From Rhodosorus marinus CCMP1338 (Eukaryota > Plantae > Rhodophyta), in assembly GCA_029953675.1 (NCBI GenBank), contig JAMWBK010000005.1:1612001-1676000 (forward strand): a stretch of 64,000 bases of DNA. Direction: 5' to 3'. The position numbers and the translations under genes were made by a program. This document shows, in pieces, positions 25,244-37,900 of this stretch. Each line of letters opens with the position of its first letter. The stretch's first letter is position 1. The notes below the pieces were generated by a model, which was not told the DNA's origin, searched no databases, and saw nothing but the letters and a program-made list of their open reading frames with translations.

Positions 25244-25642
25244 TCAGTCCTTCGACTTCAGCGTGAGTGCGGGCGGATCGCAACTTTTACATATTGTTTG
25301 AATAGCACTAGGATCTGTAGCATTCCGGACTGCTCGCTGCAGTTCCAGCGCTGGTGGACCGCGTGGATGCAGTATCCTTAAACAACAATTTCCATCGCAG
25401 AGTTCACAGTATACAGGAAGGCTCTCCAGAGGACCAAAGAGCGCACACAAAGCCAATCCCAGAAATGATAATCCGTATGAAGACTGAAACCCTAAACACC
25501 GACCAGGAGGCCGCCCCTCCAGGGGAAATGAACAACAGGTTATTCTGTTAGCTTTGCGCGCTCCACCATGCCCAGAAGCGTATGAGAAAGCAATGATTGA
25601 CTTCCGAACGGTGACGGTAGTATTAGCGAATCCGCTCGCCAT
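25244..25642 (-). CDS. hypothetical protein (possible transit peptide plus hydrophobic segment)
   Basis: ORF from MASGFANTT; no family recognised and splicing unresolved. Confidence 0.25.
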   Translation of the reverse strand: MASGFANTTVTVRKSIIAFSYASGHGGARKANRITCCSFPLEGRPPGRCLGFQSSYGLSFLGLALCALFGPLESLPVYCELCDGNCCLRILHPRGPPALELQRAVRNATDPSAIQTICKSCDPPALTLKSKD

Positions 25643-26191
25643 GCAGGCACGAAAACCGGTGCCCAGAACTCCGTGTTGACGCACGTGCCATTGAAGAAAA
25701 AAACAACAGTTTCGGCATTCTATTCTACAAAACCTTCCGCTCTGCCCTTCCCAACAGCTATACTTGTGTCTTGAGAAGGTCCTTCCCAACCGCTCTATGT
25801 CTGTGGCTGGATAAGGACACTTATCCCAGGCCGTCCCGCCTCCTCGGCATATTTGTCAACCATTGCCAAGTCGATGGCACTGACAGCGCCTCGCTGAGTA
25901 AGACACAAGGAGTGTATACTCCAAAAAAAGAAAATCTCTTTGTCTCCGTAGTAAAGTTTGAAATAGGAGTAGAAAAGGACCTAGAGTTAGGAGCTGCCTT
26001 TGGGCTTCTTAGTGACGGGTTGCATGAATTTTGTCCCCTTCGTCACCAACGAGGAGGACGGGAACTGGTGAGGGGTCAATTGGTCAGAGGGTGGCTCGCC
26101 TTTCAACCTTCCACGCGTGGTTTGAAAAGCATCCTGTATACTGCTAAGGAAGCTTCTAGCCCGACAGTGAGAACCTCTTAAGCACGCCGAT

Positions 26192-27275
26192 ATGCTTAAG
26201 CACTTTCGTCAGCGCAAGCGAATTGCGGATAGCCTTTGTCGTCCGCTGGGATCCGATAAGAAACAAAAGGGAGAGGCTAGCGTGAAGGTCGAACCTGAAT
26301 TGGAAGCTGGTGGATTGAGGAGAAGCTTGAGGTCATCTACCCGCCTTGATACCAGAACGGATGATGTTGTATCAATAGGGAAGATCAAGCAGGAACCGCA
26401 GTCTCAAGGAAGGAAGCTACTGAGAGGCACAAAGATAGCCAAGCAGTCTACAAAAGAAGAGGTCCTGCCAGCGACTTGTCCCAGGGAATGCATCCGGATC
26501 AGTCCGACGCGTGATTTTCTCACGGAAGATATCCGCAAGCTGGACTTCTTCTCCACTCTAGTAGGCGCTTCGTCAGGGTTCGAGCCTCTGATAACGCAGT
26601 ACGGGGAGCCCAACTTGAAGGCCCGCGATGTTTTTACCTGCTTGATTCGTGCGATTGTTGGTCAACAGCTCAGTAGCTCGGCGGCGAAGAGCATTTGGTA
26701 CCGCATGCTCAAGGAGATTGAGTTCAAAGGCAGCTTGGCCGTCTACAGGGGAGAGGTGGTGCCGCCCGGCCTCTTCAAAACTGTTGAAGTGGATCGCCTG
26801 AGGTCAGCTGGCCTGTCCAACCAGAAGGCCAAGTACATTCTGTCGATTGCAGATGATTTCTGCTGTGGTCGAATATCCGGGGAAGAACTCGCGAAGCTTG
26901 GTGACGAAGACGTAAGCTTTGCCTCCAATCGCAAGCGGTACATCTCTTGGAAAGGTTATTTATAGATTTGGCTCAGAAGGTGCTTTGCGTTCTCTTGGGT
27001 TGAACTTTGCTTAGGTTAAGAAGGCGCTCACAAAGTTGAAAGGCGTCGGTCCGTGGACTGTGGACATGGTTCTCATGTTCTCTCTTCAGAGGAATGATAT
27101 TCTTCCCGTTGGAGACGTAGCGGTTCGCAGGGGTATGATGAAGTATTTCAAGCTGCGCTCAGTTCCATCTGAGAATCAGATGTTGGAGCTCTTTAAGCCG
27201 TTCCGCCCATACCGATCTCACGCCTCCTGGTACATGTGGATGGTTTGCGATCCGGAGTTCATTTTGCCTGAATGA
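26192..27275 (+). CDS. DNA-3-methyladenine glycosylase, AlkA/HhH-GPD family (2 exons)
   Basis: LIRAIVGQQLSSSAA, LRSAGLSNQKAKYI, HhH motif LKGVGPWTVDM, LPVGDVAVRRG, FRPYRSHASWYMW. Confidence 0.92.
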
Positions 27276-27546
27276 GGTTGACCGCAAGTGACACGACTGG
27301 GACGACGTGATTCCAGTTGATACTGTTGTTTTATTCTTTAACAAAAATAGAAAGAGTACATATGTTACAGACCACACAAAACAAAAAAATCAAAGGCCCT
27401 CAAGAGTCGGAATATGCAACGAACCATGCGTGCTAGGCGTCTGAGTCTTGGGAACAAGTCTGCGGCTTGACGCCGCAGACTTGTTCTGGTAGTAGAATTT
27501 GATGCCAACCCATCACAAGAACACTGGGTTTTGCGGACCCGACATG

Positions 27547-30044
27547 CTACTTATCTGTAAGCGTGGCGGAGTGCTTGCGCAAGTCTTCCAAGGATACAAT
27601 CGTGGCCGGCAGAGGCAGGTTCACAGATGGGGACTGGGTCAGCACGCGACTGCGTGGTTTGAATGCTGAGTGAAGGATTTTGTCCCCTTCATCCGGCCCG
27701 TTCTCGCCAGGGATGTATTCAACGCTTCTCACTCTTCCTTGCTGCGCGTCTGGCCCGTCCTCTATCTTGCTCACGCTGATGATCGGAACGCTACCAAGCG
27801 CATCCATTGTCAAAGACTTCGGAATCAGGTTCTTCACGACTGGTACCTGCTTCCTACCCGCCAGCGCACCGTACGATTGGAAAAGTTTCACCAAATTCTC
27901 GTGCTTCCTTTCCACCGCAACATCGACTGGCGTATGTCCCTTGAGATCCTTCGCGGTGAAGTCACCTCCGTTAAGCAACAGTAGCTCGCTGATTTCGGAG
28001 TCGCCTGTCGCACTGGCGTAGTGCAGAGGGGTCCGGTTGAGCTCATCTGAACAGTTCACAAAGGCTCCCCCCATTAAACTCTGTCTGACTTCCAGAAGCG
28101 ACCCGTTGGCGCAAAAAGCAAGCAACTCTCTTGAGCTGCTTTCATCCGGGTTGAACGCAACAAGCTCGGCAGCGTCCGCTCCGTTTTTCTTAAAGATTTC
28201 CAAGATTTCGTTCCGCTGGAGTTTCACCGCAGCTCGAAGTGGGCTCTGACCCCACCTGTCCTTTCCATCATATCTCGCTCCCCTCTCCAGTAGAATCGCG
28301 ACGGTTTCCGGGTGATCCTCCTCAACCGCGAGATGCAAGGGAGTTCTCATGTCGTAGTCTGAGAAGTTTGGGCTCGCCCCTCTGTCCAGCTGCTTTAGCA
28401 CGCTCGCGCTGTCCCCCTCCTTGCAGGACTTCATCAGCCCGATGCATAGTTTGAAAAGAAGCGGCTCCCGCTCAGAGATGACCAGCCTCCTCGGAGCTGA
28501 TCTTTCCTCGTCGGAAGCAGATGATTTTTCCGGGGGGAAAATCTCCCCTGTCGTTAAGGATACAGGTCTATTCGCCGGGGCCAAAGAAATTGAAGAGACA
28601 GAAGCTGTGGAGAGCACCGGAGAGTTTGACAATGTGCTACCCTCTCTTTCATCTTCTGCGCTCGGTCTCTTAAGTAAACTTGTTCTGTACACATCGATCT
28701 GCATTTGAATTTCCTCCTGTACACTCATCGCATGCTCATCATCCATCTTAAATTCAGCCTGCATCTCATTCGCAATCTCCTCGACTGAGTCTTCCGTTAG
28801 GTCGAACATAAACTCCACTTTTTTGATCATTCCCTCCAACGGCACATGTACGCTTATTCGAATGGCGCCCTTCTCATCTCCAATGGGAGGCGGCGGAGGA
28901 CTGAAATTCTCCTGCTCTAGTAACAAACCCTCTTCCGCGTCAGGGATACTCTTTGATATGACCACGTCGCGATCTATTGATTGCACGTTATGCACGACAA
29001 GGTGTCCAATCGTAACGTCGTCCGGGGCTAGGGTGAGCTCACGCAGGATAGTTTCTTGTACCTTGCTCCCCATGAGCTCAATATTTGTCCCTGTTCCCTT
29101 GTCCTCTTTCCAGTCTCGGAAGAAAGGATGCATTAGCAACTCTTGTGCGCTTGGACGCTCGTCTTCCGGGCTCAGGCACCGGTATACAATCTTCTTCACC
29201 TCACTATCTTTCATACGAAGAAGCGCTAGAGGTTTAACACCCTGCCAAACCTTCCTGAGCACCACAGCGGAATTCTCACACTCGCTGTAAGGATACTCCA
29301 TAGAAACCATTTGCAGGAGGCACATTCCAAACGCGTAGATATCAACCTTCTCCGTATGCTTCTCGCGGTGCAGATCAGGCGCGGACAGTTCAGGGGAGTC
29401 AATCACTTGGAATGCCTTCTGGCTCTCGCGGAGGCGAGATAATCCCCAGTCTCCGATTTTTACCTCTCCTTTCGGACCGTTCAGGAAGACGTTGTCGCAC
29501 TTCAAATCCCGGTGTATGATGGGAGGATGACGGCCATGCATATACGCCAGGGCCTGCAGCATATTGGAGCCCCATCGCCTGAGCACCTTCATGTTAATCG
29601 AGGTTGCGTTGTTAAGAAAATTCTGCAGAGTTCCGCTCCGCATCAATTCCGTGATTATGTTAATATTCATAGCATGATTGCCTTCATACGCCACCCAGGA
29701 CGACATCGTGTTCATTATATTCTTGTGATACAAGTTCTCCAATATATCCATCTCCTTCTGGGTTCTCCTAACATCTAAATCTGAGTACTGCTCCACATTG
29801 AACTTGCTCCAAGACACGTCCAGTGCATTCACCTCGTCGAAAGCCTTATATACAGTCCTGGCAGTTTGGGAATTCAGTACTCTCGCTCGCTGAAGAGAAG
29901 TAGAGCCAAAAATAAGGCCAAAGTAAGCAACTGAGACGACGCCAAGAACCGGAGCTTGCTAAGCCTCAGTCTCAGAAAAATCCTGAAGCAAGTTCTTACC
30001 CTCTTGTACCTTCCGGTGGGATCCACCTCCTCAAACTCCTCCAT
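27547..30044 (-). CDS. WNK-like kinase domain + CCT/OSR1-C-like domain + ankyrin repeats
   Basis: Exon 1 MEEFEEVDPTGRYKR; intron 29999-29890; then TVYKAFDE, ITELMRSGTL, PPIIHRDLKCDNVF, VKIGDWGL, VDIYAFGMCLL, EYPYSEC. Next KKVEFMFDLTEDSVEEIANEM, then ankyrin repeats (DYDMRTPLH, DRWGQSPL, DELNRTPLH, DLKGHTPV). Confidence 0.88.
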
Positions 30045-31259
30045 TGCGCCTGTAGGACACTAACTCAAAGCCAACACAAACCAGTTCACTCTCAACAAAC
30101 CCAAACCCCGATCAAATCATGCCGCGAGGAGACACCACAACGCACAGCCCAGCAACGCCAATTTCCGCCTCCCATCCCTCGAGCAACCCCAACCAACTGC
30201 CGTCTCCCAAAACCCTTCCAGCTATCAAGACCTTTCCAAATCCAAACCACCCTCTACCCCCCCCACCAAAAAAAGCAAAAGAGCAAGGCACAAAGACCTG
30301 TCCTCCTTAACCAAAAACAGGTCCACCAGTTCAGGACAACCCCCTCCCCCCCCAAACGACCGCAAAATCTCCCCTTCCGAAGGACAAATACACACGCTCT
30401 TCTTAAACAGCCATGAACATCTCACTTACCCGTCTTCCTCCGCCAGACCCTTCGTGCCATTCCCAAGCGGGTTTAATAGACACCTCCAAAGCCCACACGC
30501 AAAATGGATTTGGAAACACCAAAGAAAAGCTAAACTGGAAAATTCCGTTTTCCGATACCAATAGAAAGTCCCTGCTCCCTCTCCTCGAGGAAAAAAAAAC
30601 AACAACAAAACCAAGCCCTTTCACCTACCAAAAGGGAAAACCAAAAAAAGGCGAAAAACCCTGACCACTAAGGCTCCTAACCCCCCCGAATGCAACTCGG
30701 AAATTTTCTTATTCACCCCCCTAAAAAAAATTTCTTTGGCACAGTTCTCTACAACGAAAAAAGGGGGGTGGTCTTTTGATTACCTCTGTCCATCGGGTTC
30801 AAATTTTCTAAAGTAAATTACCCTTATATCAAACAGGTAATGTCTAAAGTATTCGATAATCCGAAATTTTATGAGGTGCATGTTTGTAGACACCCCCCTC
30901 CCCTCCCCCGCCATCGCCTACAGACGATTGCGAATGGAGGGGTTCAGGATACCATTAAGAATCAGGAGCAGTCAACGAGTTTTTGCACTTTTGTGAACCC
31001 CCGTCCCCCTCCGCGGGTTGAATATCCTGGGTGGTTGTTTTTTTCCCCCCCCAGAAGGATATTGTTTATTTTTTCGGCGGGGGGAGGGGGGAAGGGGGTA
31101 TGGTGGAACTTGTTAATGTATGTTTTGTGCTAGTTTATTCTACTATTGATTAGTTTTTTGAAGATTTTCTTCGGTAGTGATTGGATCCGGTCTAAGATCA
31201 AGGCGGGAATATCATTATTTGGGAAATATTGTTCAAAATTATGATCAACTGGTGTTTTC

Positions 31260-32068
31260 TTAAGTGTTTAAGTTGAATATCGCATTTTTTAGGACTGGTT
31301 CTTGTTCAGGGCGGGCGGAGGTTGGTGGGACTTGGGGGTGTGCGGCCGCAGAGTTATCAGCTCTCTTCGACCTCGAACAGTGCAGTTCGTTTTGGGATTT
31401 TAGAAGCTCTTTGGCTGACGTTGGGGACATAGTAGAGTACTCCCGATCGACTAGCTGGACATTTGATGACTGGTCAGCATGCGAAAACAGCACCCTCGGC
31501 GTCCCGCAACAGTTCAATCCACCGTCACAGCAGACTGATTCCTTGATACCTTTCCTCAAAGGATGGTCGCTCCCAGGCCAAAACTGAGAGAACGGAGCTG
31601 CTTCGTTTGCAGTTCAGTACTTAGATTACGTTTAACTGAGACCTTATGAGGGGTGGATAGGATGCTTCGATATCCCGATGTAATACTGAAGCGACGATCC
31701 AAAGCCAGTGCTTTCCGAAGAAGGATTCGAAGCCCGGCAGGAACAGACTTGGAGAATTCCGTCATTCCCGAACCTTGACGGTGGTGGTCTCTTTGAAGAT
31801 CACAACCCGTTCCCCGCTCAAGCCATTTCACCCGCACTTCCCGAGTTGACGTCAGTTCGAACCAATAACCCACCACCTGGTCTCAGATGTCAAAGCCTTG
31901 GATTTCCTTTCAAAACCTCACGTATTTGGGTCACAATCGATTGAGCCCACCCCTTCTCCAGAACAATCGTTCGAGAAAAAAAAGGAGGATCCCAGAACCC
32001 TGTCCGGCCTCCTCAACCCAACTCCAAATCTCGGACAATCCAAACGCGCAACAACCCCGGGGTCCATG
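31260..32068 (-). CDS. hypothetical multi-exon protein
   Basis: Adjacent minus-strand ORFs (31260-31559, 31556-31876) with plausible GT-AG joins and an upstream ATG near 32068; no family recognised. Confidence 0.3.
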
Positions 32069-33863
32069 ACACTTTTCAAACTACTCCCACAGAAAAGTTA
32101 GGTTAATATAGGAAGGGGGTTATTGAAAATACCCTAGTTGACGGAAAAACTATCGCTTCAAAAAAAAAGGAGAAAAAAAAGATCATCCAAGGGTTTCGTT
32201 CTTTATTCTCGAAAATAATCCATACCCCCGTCTCTCGCCGTAAAAAAATGATGTTAGTTGTTCATTGGGGAAGGGGGTTTCTATTTTGAACTTCAGTTTT
32301 GGTCAGATCTTTCGAAAACCCTTGGAAATCCTTTTTCTTTTTTTAGGCGGCGGGCGGGGGGGGGCGAGGTTTGAAAAGAGAGGAATTGATTGGAAACGGG
32401 GTAAAGTTTTTTAAAGTAAAAAAGTGGGTTAGCTCCAAAACAAGGGAGGAAAATGGAAAGGGCTGATTGGCTTCTACGTCCTGAGAGAAAAATCAAAATG
32501 GAAGATTGTTTTCATCGGAAATGGAGAATTACGTTGAATCGTGGATGAAAAGATATGATTTTAGTCATTGAATTGAAAACCCTGCTTTCGTTCTGGGGTA
32601 TAATTGGCTGAAGAGGTTACGGACCGATGCACCAAAAAAAGTCGTTTTCCCGCTGATTTTTAGAATATCACAAAAAAGCGTAGAAGTATATTGAAAATTC
32701 TAGTTTTAAATAAATATTTTGAAGAATATCTTGGAGATTTGTTGGCTGACTATTTATTATTTTGAATTTCAAAATCTGAATACGCCTCTATTGATTTTGG
32801 TTGGTGTACTGATGCGGGTGGTTAGTAAATATTTCAATTTTAGTATAGCGAGTATTAAGATTTCGTACAGAGTACTAACAGCAATGAATGGGTTCTAGTG
32901 CATTTTGCCTGGCGCCGAGCTCGTCTCTGAGGGTGAATGGTTATGCGGAGGTGGTGAAAGTTCGCTTCGAACATGACACCGGTAGCAAGATCATGTTGAC
33001 TTCATTCGTAGAGATTTTTCAGATATTGCCAGCTTTATTTTGGAAAACCAGCGTCCATCAGTTTTCAATCAAGACGCCCTCAATACAGATCAGATCAGCC
33101 TTACTGCCGTGTTACATTCGCGTGGCAAGAAATTTGAGCAACAGCTCGTTTCTGCCGACCTTTTGCGCACGCTGCAATTCGCTTGCAGTTCAATGCGTCG
33201 CAGTTCTGCTTGCAAGAGGGGGTGTACTTTTCCGGAACAGATGCTCCGGTACGGTTCTCGGATGATTTCCTGGATGACTCAAGTCAGAAGATTGTAAAGG
33301 GAACTAGCCAGCTGATGAAACATGCACATATGCTCAACAACGACCCAAGTCATGGCCTCTAAAACAAATTTGATTGAAGGGCAAACTTTATCCACGTTGA
33401 CTGCCAAATCCTGCTATCTGCCTCTATCCAACACTCAGCAGGTAGATCTACTTTGCGCGTAGGTTACCTTAGCCTTTCCGTCTGTGCGCAAGGCTGACAG
33501 TAGTGGAACATGCAGATAATGTGAGAAAAGGAGCGAGAGTACAAGAAACTTCCAGAAAACATCGAACGTCTCTTCGATGCTAGTCGCCGCGGGACAGGTC
33601 CATTGCTTTTCTCAAGACAGTAGCACCTCAACTCAGTGCCTTCTAACCCAAAGAGTACGTCTAATAGCAACTGCTTTCCCTCTACAAAGAAAGGAGTTTT
33701 TCATCAGCAGCATGGACGCTTCCGTCGGCGGTCCGATGTAGAAACTGCGTTGCCGAGATATCACCACACCACTTTTCTAATCGGAAGCTGTTTGGCATCT
33801 ACCTTTCGCTTCTTCGAAAGCAACAAAGGACTAGCATTTGCAGTTGCTCTATTCGCGTCGAGG

Positions 33864-34241
33864 ATGACGTCCGTAGTGCTTGAGTTCAGGTAGGCTGCTG
33901 CTGCGTCGAAACCAATTCCTGAAACCTGTTCCGACCTAATTTTTCGGGGTATTTGTTCTTCTTTTTGGCTTCACGGAAGTGGAGGCCTCGAACTTTTGGT
34001 TGACGGTAAGAAACGGTTAGAGCAGGAGGTCCCAGATAAACTGACTCTCGGCGGACTTATAGGTTGGATTCGATCCAACCTTATCAAAGAACGACATGAG
34101 CTGTTCTCGCAGGGCCAAAGAATACGACCTGGAGTTCTTGTTCTGATCAATGACGTTGACTGGGAGCTGGAAGGGAAAGAGACGTATAACCTGTCTTCTG
34201 GAGACTGCATATCTTTCATCTCAACTCTCCATGGTGGATAA
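33864..34241 (+). CDS. URM1: ubiquitin-related modifier 1 (2 exons)
   Basis: MTSVVLEFS/GGLELL...IRPGVLVLINDVDWELEG...FISTLHGG*, ending in the diagnostic C-terminal GG. Confidence 0.95.
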
Positions 34242-34917
34242 TTCTCCTCAATCCGTGTTGGATTGAATTCGCTCATGGCAAGACTGGGTGTGCTCCTACT
34301 CGCTCTCTAGAAGGAGACCTCTATCCCAACAGCTGCTCACACGAAATGACGAAGTACTCTTCAGCAACTACTCAACGACCGGGGCACCCAGGTCTCACCC
34401 AGTCTTCACAACTTATTGCAGAAAGGAGTGGTTCCATCAAACTACTAGAAGAATCCTAACTGCTGGGCACTCCGCCTCTTCGTGACGGAGGGACGAACTT
34501 GCTAAGTGCAGCTCCTAGCCGTTGGTAGCCTAGAATGATAATCAACCCGCCGATAAACAAAACGAAGCTACGGATTGTTGAGCTACTTGAGCAGTCTTCG
34601 TGTCCAGTCATAAAACAATAGCAGTAGCAATGGGCTCAATGCTCATCTTCAATGCCGCCAGGGATCTCTTTCGAATCGCTTGTCCTGCTGTTTTCGAAAA
34701 CATGCTGGCATCGAAGCATGCTGCTTGATGTCAACCTGTTCGCTACGAAAGATTGTATATAAGATGAGCCTGGTACACATGGGCAGCTGTCTGCTCTAGA
34801 GGAAGCTGACCAGCAGGGGTTTTCTTCCGCGGAATGATGCGGAGGAAGTCTTTGGCTCTCTTTGCTTACGGGATAAACCCGATTTTCTGAAGTTTGGTTG
34901 AGAAGGTAGCAGGAAAA

Positions 34918-37900
34918 ATGGGGTGGAAGAGCGCAGGCGAAGAGCTCGCAGAGGATCAGATCAGACATTTGTGCGTATGGCGGGACGAGAGGCGGTCAAG
35001 CTTGTCAAACGCTACGCAGCAAATGGCTCTCGACGCTGGAGAAAGCCTCGAGCTCCTTGTCAACACTCTTCCCCGGTCCGAGGTTGGTAGGTTGCTCTTT
35101 GTTCAGCAGTTGGACTCGTCCATCTCATCACACTCAACCTGAACTCGGTGCTCCTCGTTCCTTCTGTTTACGAAAGTCTCTCTGCGCAACGTGCTCTTCG
35201 ATCCGAAGGACGGGATTATCGCATTGGTGGACAGTACCCGCGAGAATCTGTTCACAACAGATGCTGTGGCTGATGCCTTACGGGCTCGACTCCTCAGAGT
35301 ATCCATTTCGCACTGGAGATGGACGTCGTCACCTCCTAACCCTTTGCAAGCGAAAAGCATCATCGAATCTGCGTGGTCGATCTACAAGAAGGATAGAAAG
35401 AGTAGTATCAGAGTTGAAGCCATCGCGCTTATTTCCGCTCTTCTCTTGCCGAGAAGCAGTCCCTACTTTGCAAAGGATGGTGCGTCAATTCTCGGATGCT
35501 AGGGTTCTTCCGTTGAGAAACCTGCGCGTCCGTAAGATAACACACCGCGGTCTGCTAAGGCTTTTGCCCCGTTTCTCTTCGACAAGGTACCGGAGATCCC
35601 AATCTTTTTCCGTTCGCTGAACGGGTCTGTAGCGGCCTACGAGAAGAGGTACAACATGGCATAATTTGGAATTCTAGTTCTCAAACTCTTGCATCATCGG
35701 TCTATCGCCTTATCGGAGGATTAATCTGGTCGTATGGCCACGATTTAGTCGGTGGTCGTACAGCAATGCTCGCCAAGGAGTTTCTGGAGGCGACGACAGA
35801 GAAAGCGGAGAGTTTGGATGGCCCAGACTACAAAGCGGCCAGGGCTGAAGGAGCGCTCTACGGGCTGTCGGGAGTTTTGCGGTTTGTTGAGGCAGACTAT
35901 GCTCGGCTCATCGCCATATCCGTCGTTCCAATTATTCGTGCAATTCTGGCAAGCGTCTCTAGCACGAGGTACGGACTGAAGAAAGCAGCGCTATCTTTGT
36001 TAATGACGAGCGCAGAAGCAGTTATTGATGAACTCACCAAAGAGGCGCATCCTGGTGAGCTTTCCACTGGCTCGGCAAGTACCCTGGACAGCATATCCGG
36101 CATCACTATAGGAGTTAGCAATGGACGCGCGATTGTGAGATCAATCATACGTTCATGTGAACATCAGAACTATGAACTCCGGGCGCAGGTTTGCTGTTTC
36201 CAGACAGTGACTGGTTTGATCTCTCCCCACTTCCATCCTGGACTGACTCCAAATTTTTTTTTGGCGAACCTCGGTCGGCGTGCCTGTGAGCACAGAGTTT
36301 CAGAACGTTGAGCGCCGTTTCCAAGGAGCTCGGAGCTTGGTTTGAGGCCGTACCAAACGCGCGGAGTATTCATCCCCTGTACCGGGAGTTGGTAAATGAG
36401 GTAGCTCGGTTGCTCTTTGTAGAAACTGAGAGCGGCATGGATACTTCCAGCATACGTGCGATGAGAATATCGGTTTGCATTCTGGAGCACATGAGTCGAA
36501 CGATTTCGAAGCTGTCAGGGGAGGAAACAACCCGGAAATTCCTAAGAAAGCTACTTCAAGCCCATACCTTCACAATCTTGTTGACTCACGAAGCTGATGT
36601 ATGGGGAACAGGTAACAATCAATACAGACGAAAGTCAAAAGGGTATTCCTGTTTCCGATTAGGGCTCCTCAACTTATTCTCCCATCACCCGTGTTCCAAC
36701 ACGACAACTTTTGCTTGGCGCTGAAGATGGTCTATACTCGAGGACAGAGAAACTTGGAGACTATTCCGTGCAGCTTCTATCAGGGATTGGAGCGCTTCTG
36801 TCGGGCATAAAAGGCAAGGAAGATGACGGAGAAGTTGCAATGCGAATCGATCAAACGCTGGCATCGGTTCTTTCAGATTTGACGAACTTAGAGGAGAAGA
36901 AACGGAAACAGTACTATGTTGCGATCTCAAGACTTTGCGTGGTTCTTTGGGATCGCGGTGAAGGACCTCTCAGGCAATCTCTTGAACAACTCGTATACGC
37001 CTCGCTGATGAGAACCGCAGATTCTCATTCAGAGGACGTTGTTGAGCTGCGGAGCGTGAAGGTCTTCCATGGTCTCTGGCAAAGCCTCATAGGTATGATA
37101 CCTTTCTGGAAAACCCTTTAGAGCAGTCTTCGCATGCATCTCACAGCTAATAATCACAGTCTTGTATGCCGTTAACCGCAGGCAGTAGACCAGATCGGTC
37201 GGATTCGGGGTCACTTGCTCCCCTGCAACGATTCCTCTTCGGCAAGCTTGTCACCAGCATTTGGAACTCGCTAAACGAACTGAGCCTCGAGAGCTCGGGA
37301 TCTTCTGAGCTAGAAACTGAATGGCACGGAGAAGCACGGAGCGCAACCCACCCTAGCACGATGCAGACAGTGTACCTGCTCGGCAGAATAGTGAAATGCT
37401 TGTGCGTCCTGCTTGAGGTAGCCGATAATGGCTTACTACAGGAATGGGCTCCCAACCTGCTTAAGGAGTCTTCAGAATTGCTCGTGAGCAATATATATCA
37501 AGCCGAGTTCTACGTTCTTATGAAAGCTGCTCTCGCTGCTTGTAAGCGGGTGCACTTTCTTGCGGACACAAACAACACTTTGGTAAAGGATCTTATCTCC
37601 GGAGTACTCGAGTCCACTGCCGGTTCTCTGCTTTTTCAAGGGCAGGATACCCTGGTGAATATTGTGGAAATGGTCTTGGAGGTACCGGCTATTTGGTCAA
37701 GAACGAGGACAGATATTGTTGTGAGGTGTATTTCTAGTGCGTTGGGTAGGCATGGGCAAATTTTTGAACAATGCTAAGTTACGACTGCTTAGCTTGCTTA
37801 AGTCAATCGCCTTCCCTTTTTTGTTGGCCGTGGCCACCCCTAGAACTTGGTGCAGTCATGGAGGAGGCTGCACAGCGGGCCATGGACGCAATAGAGGAGC

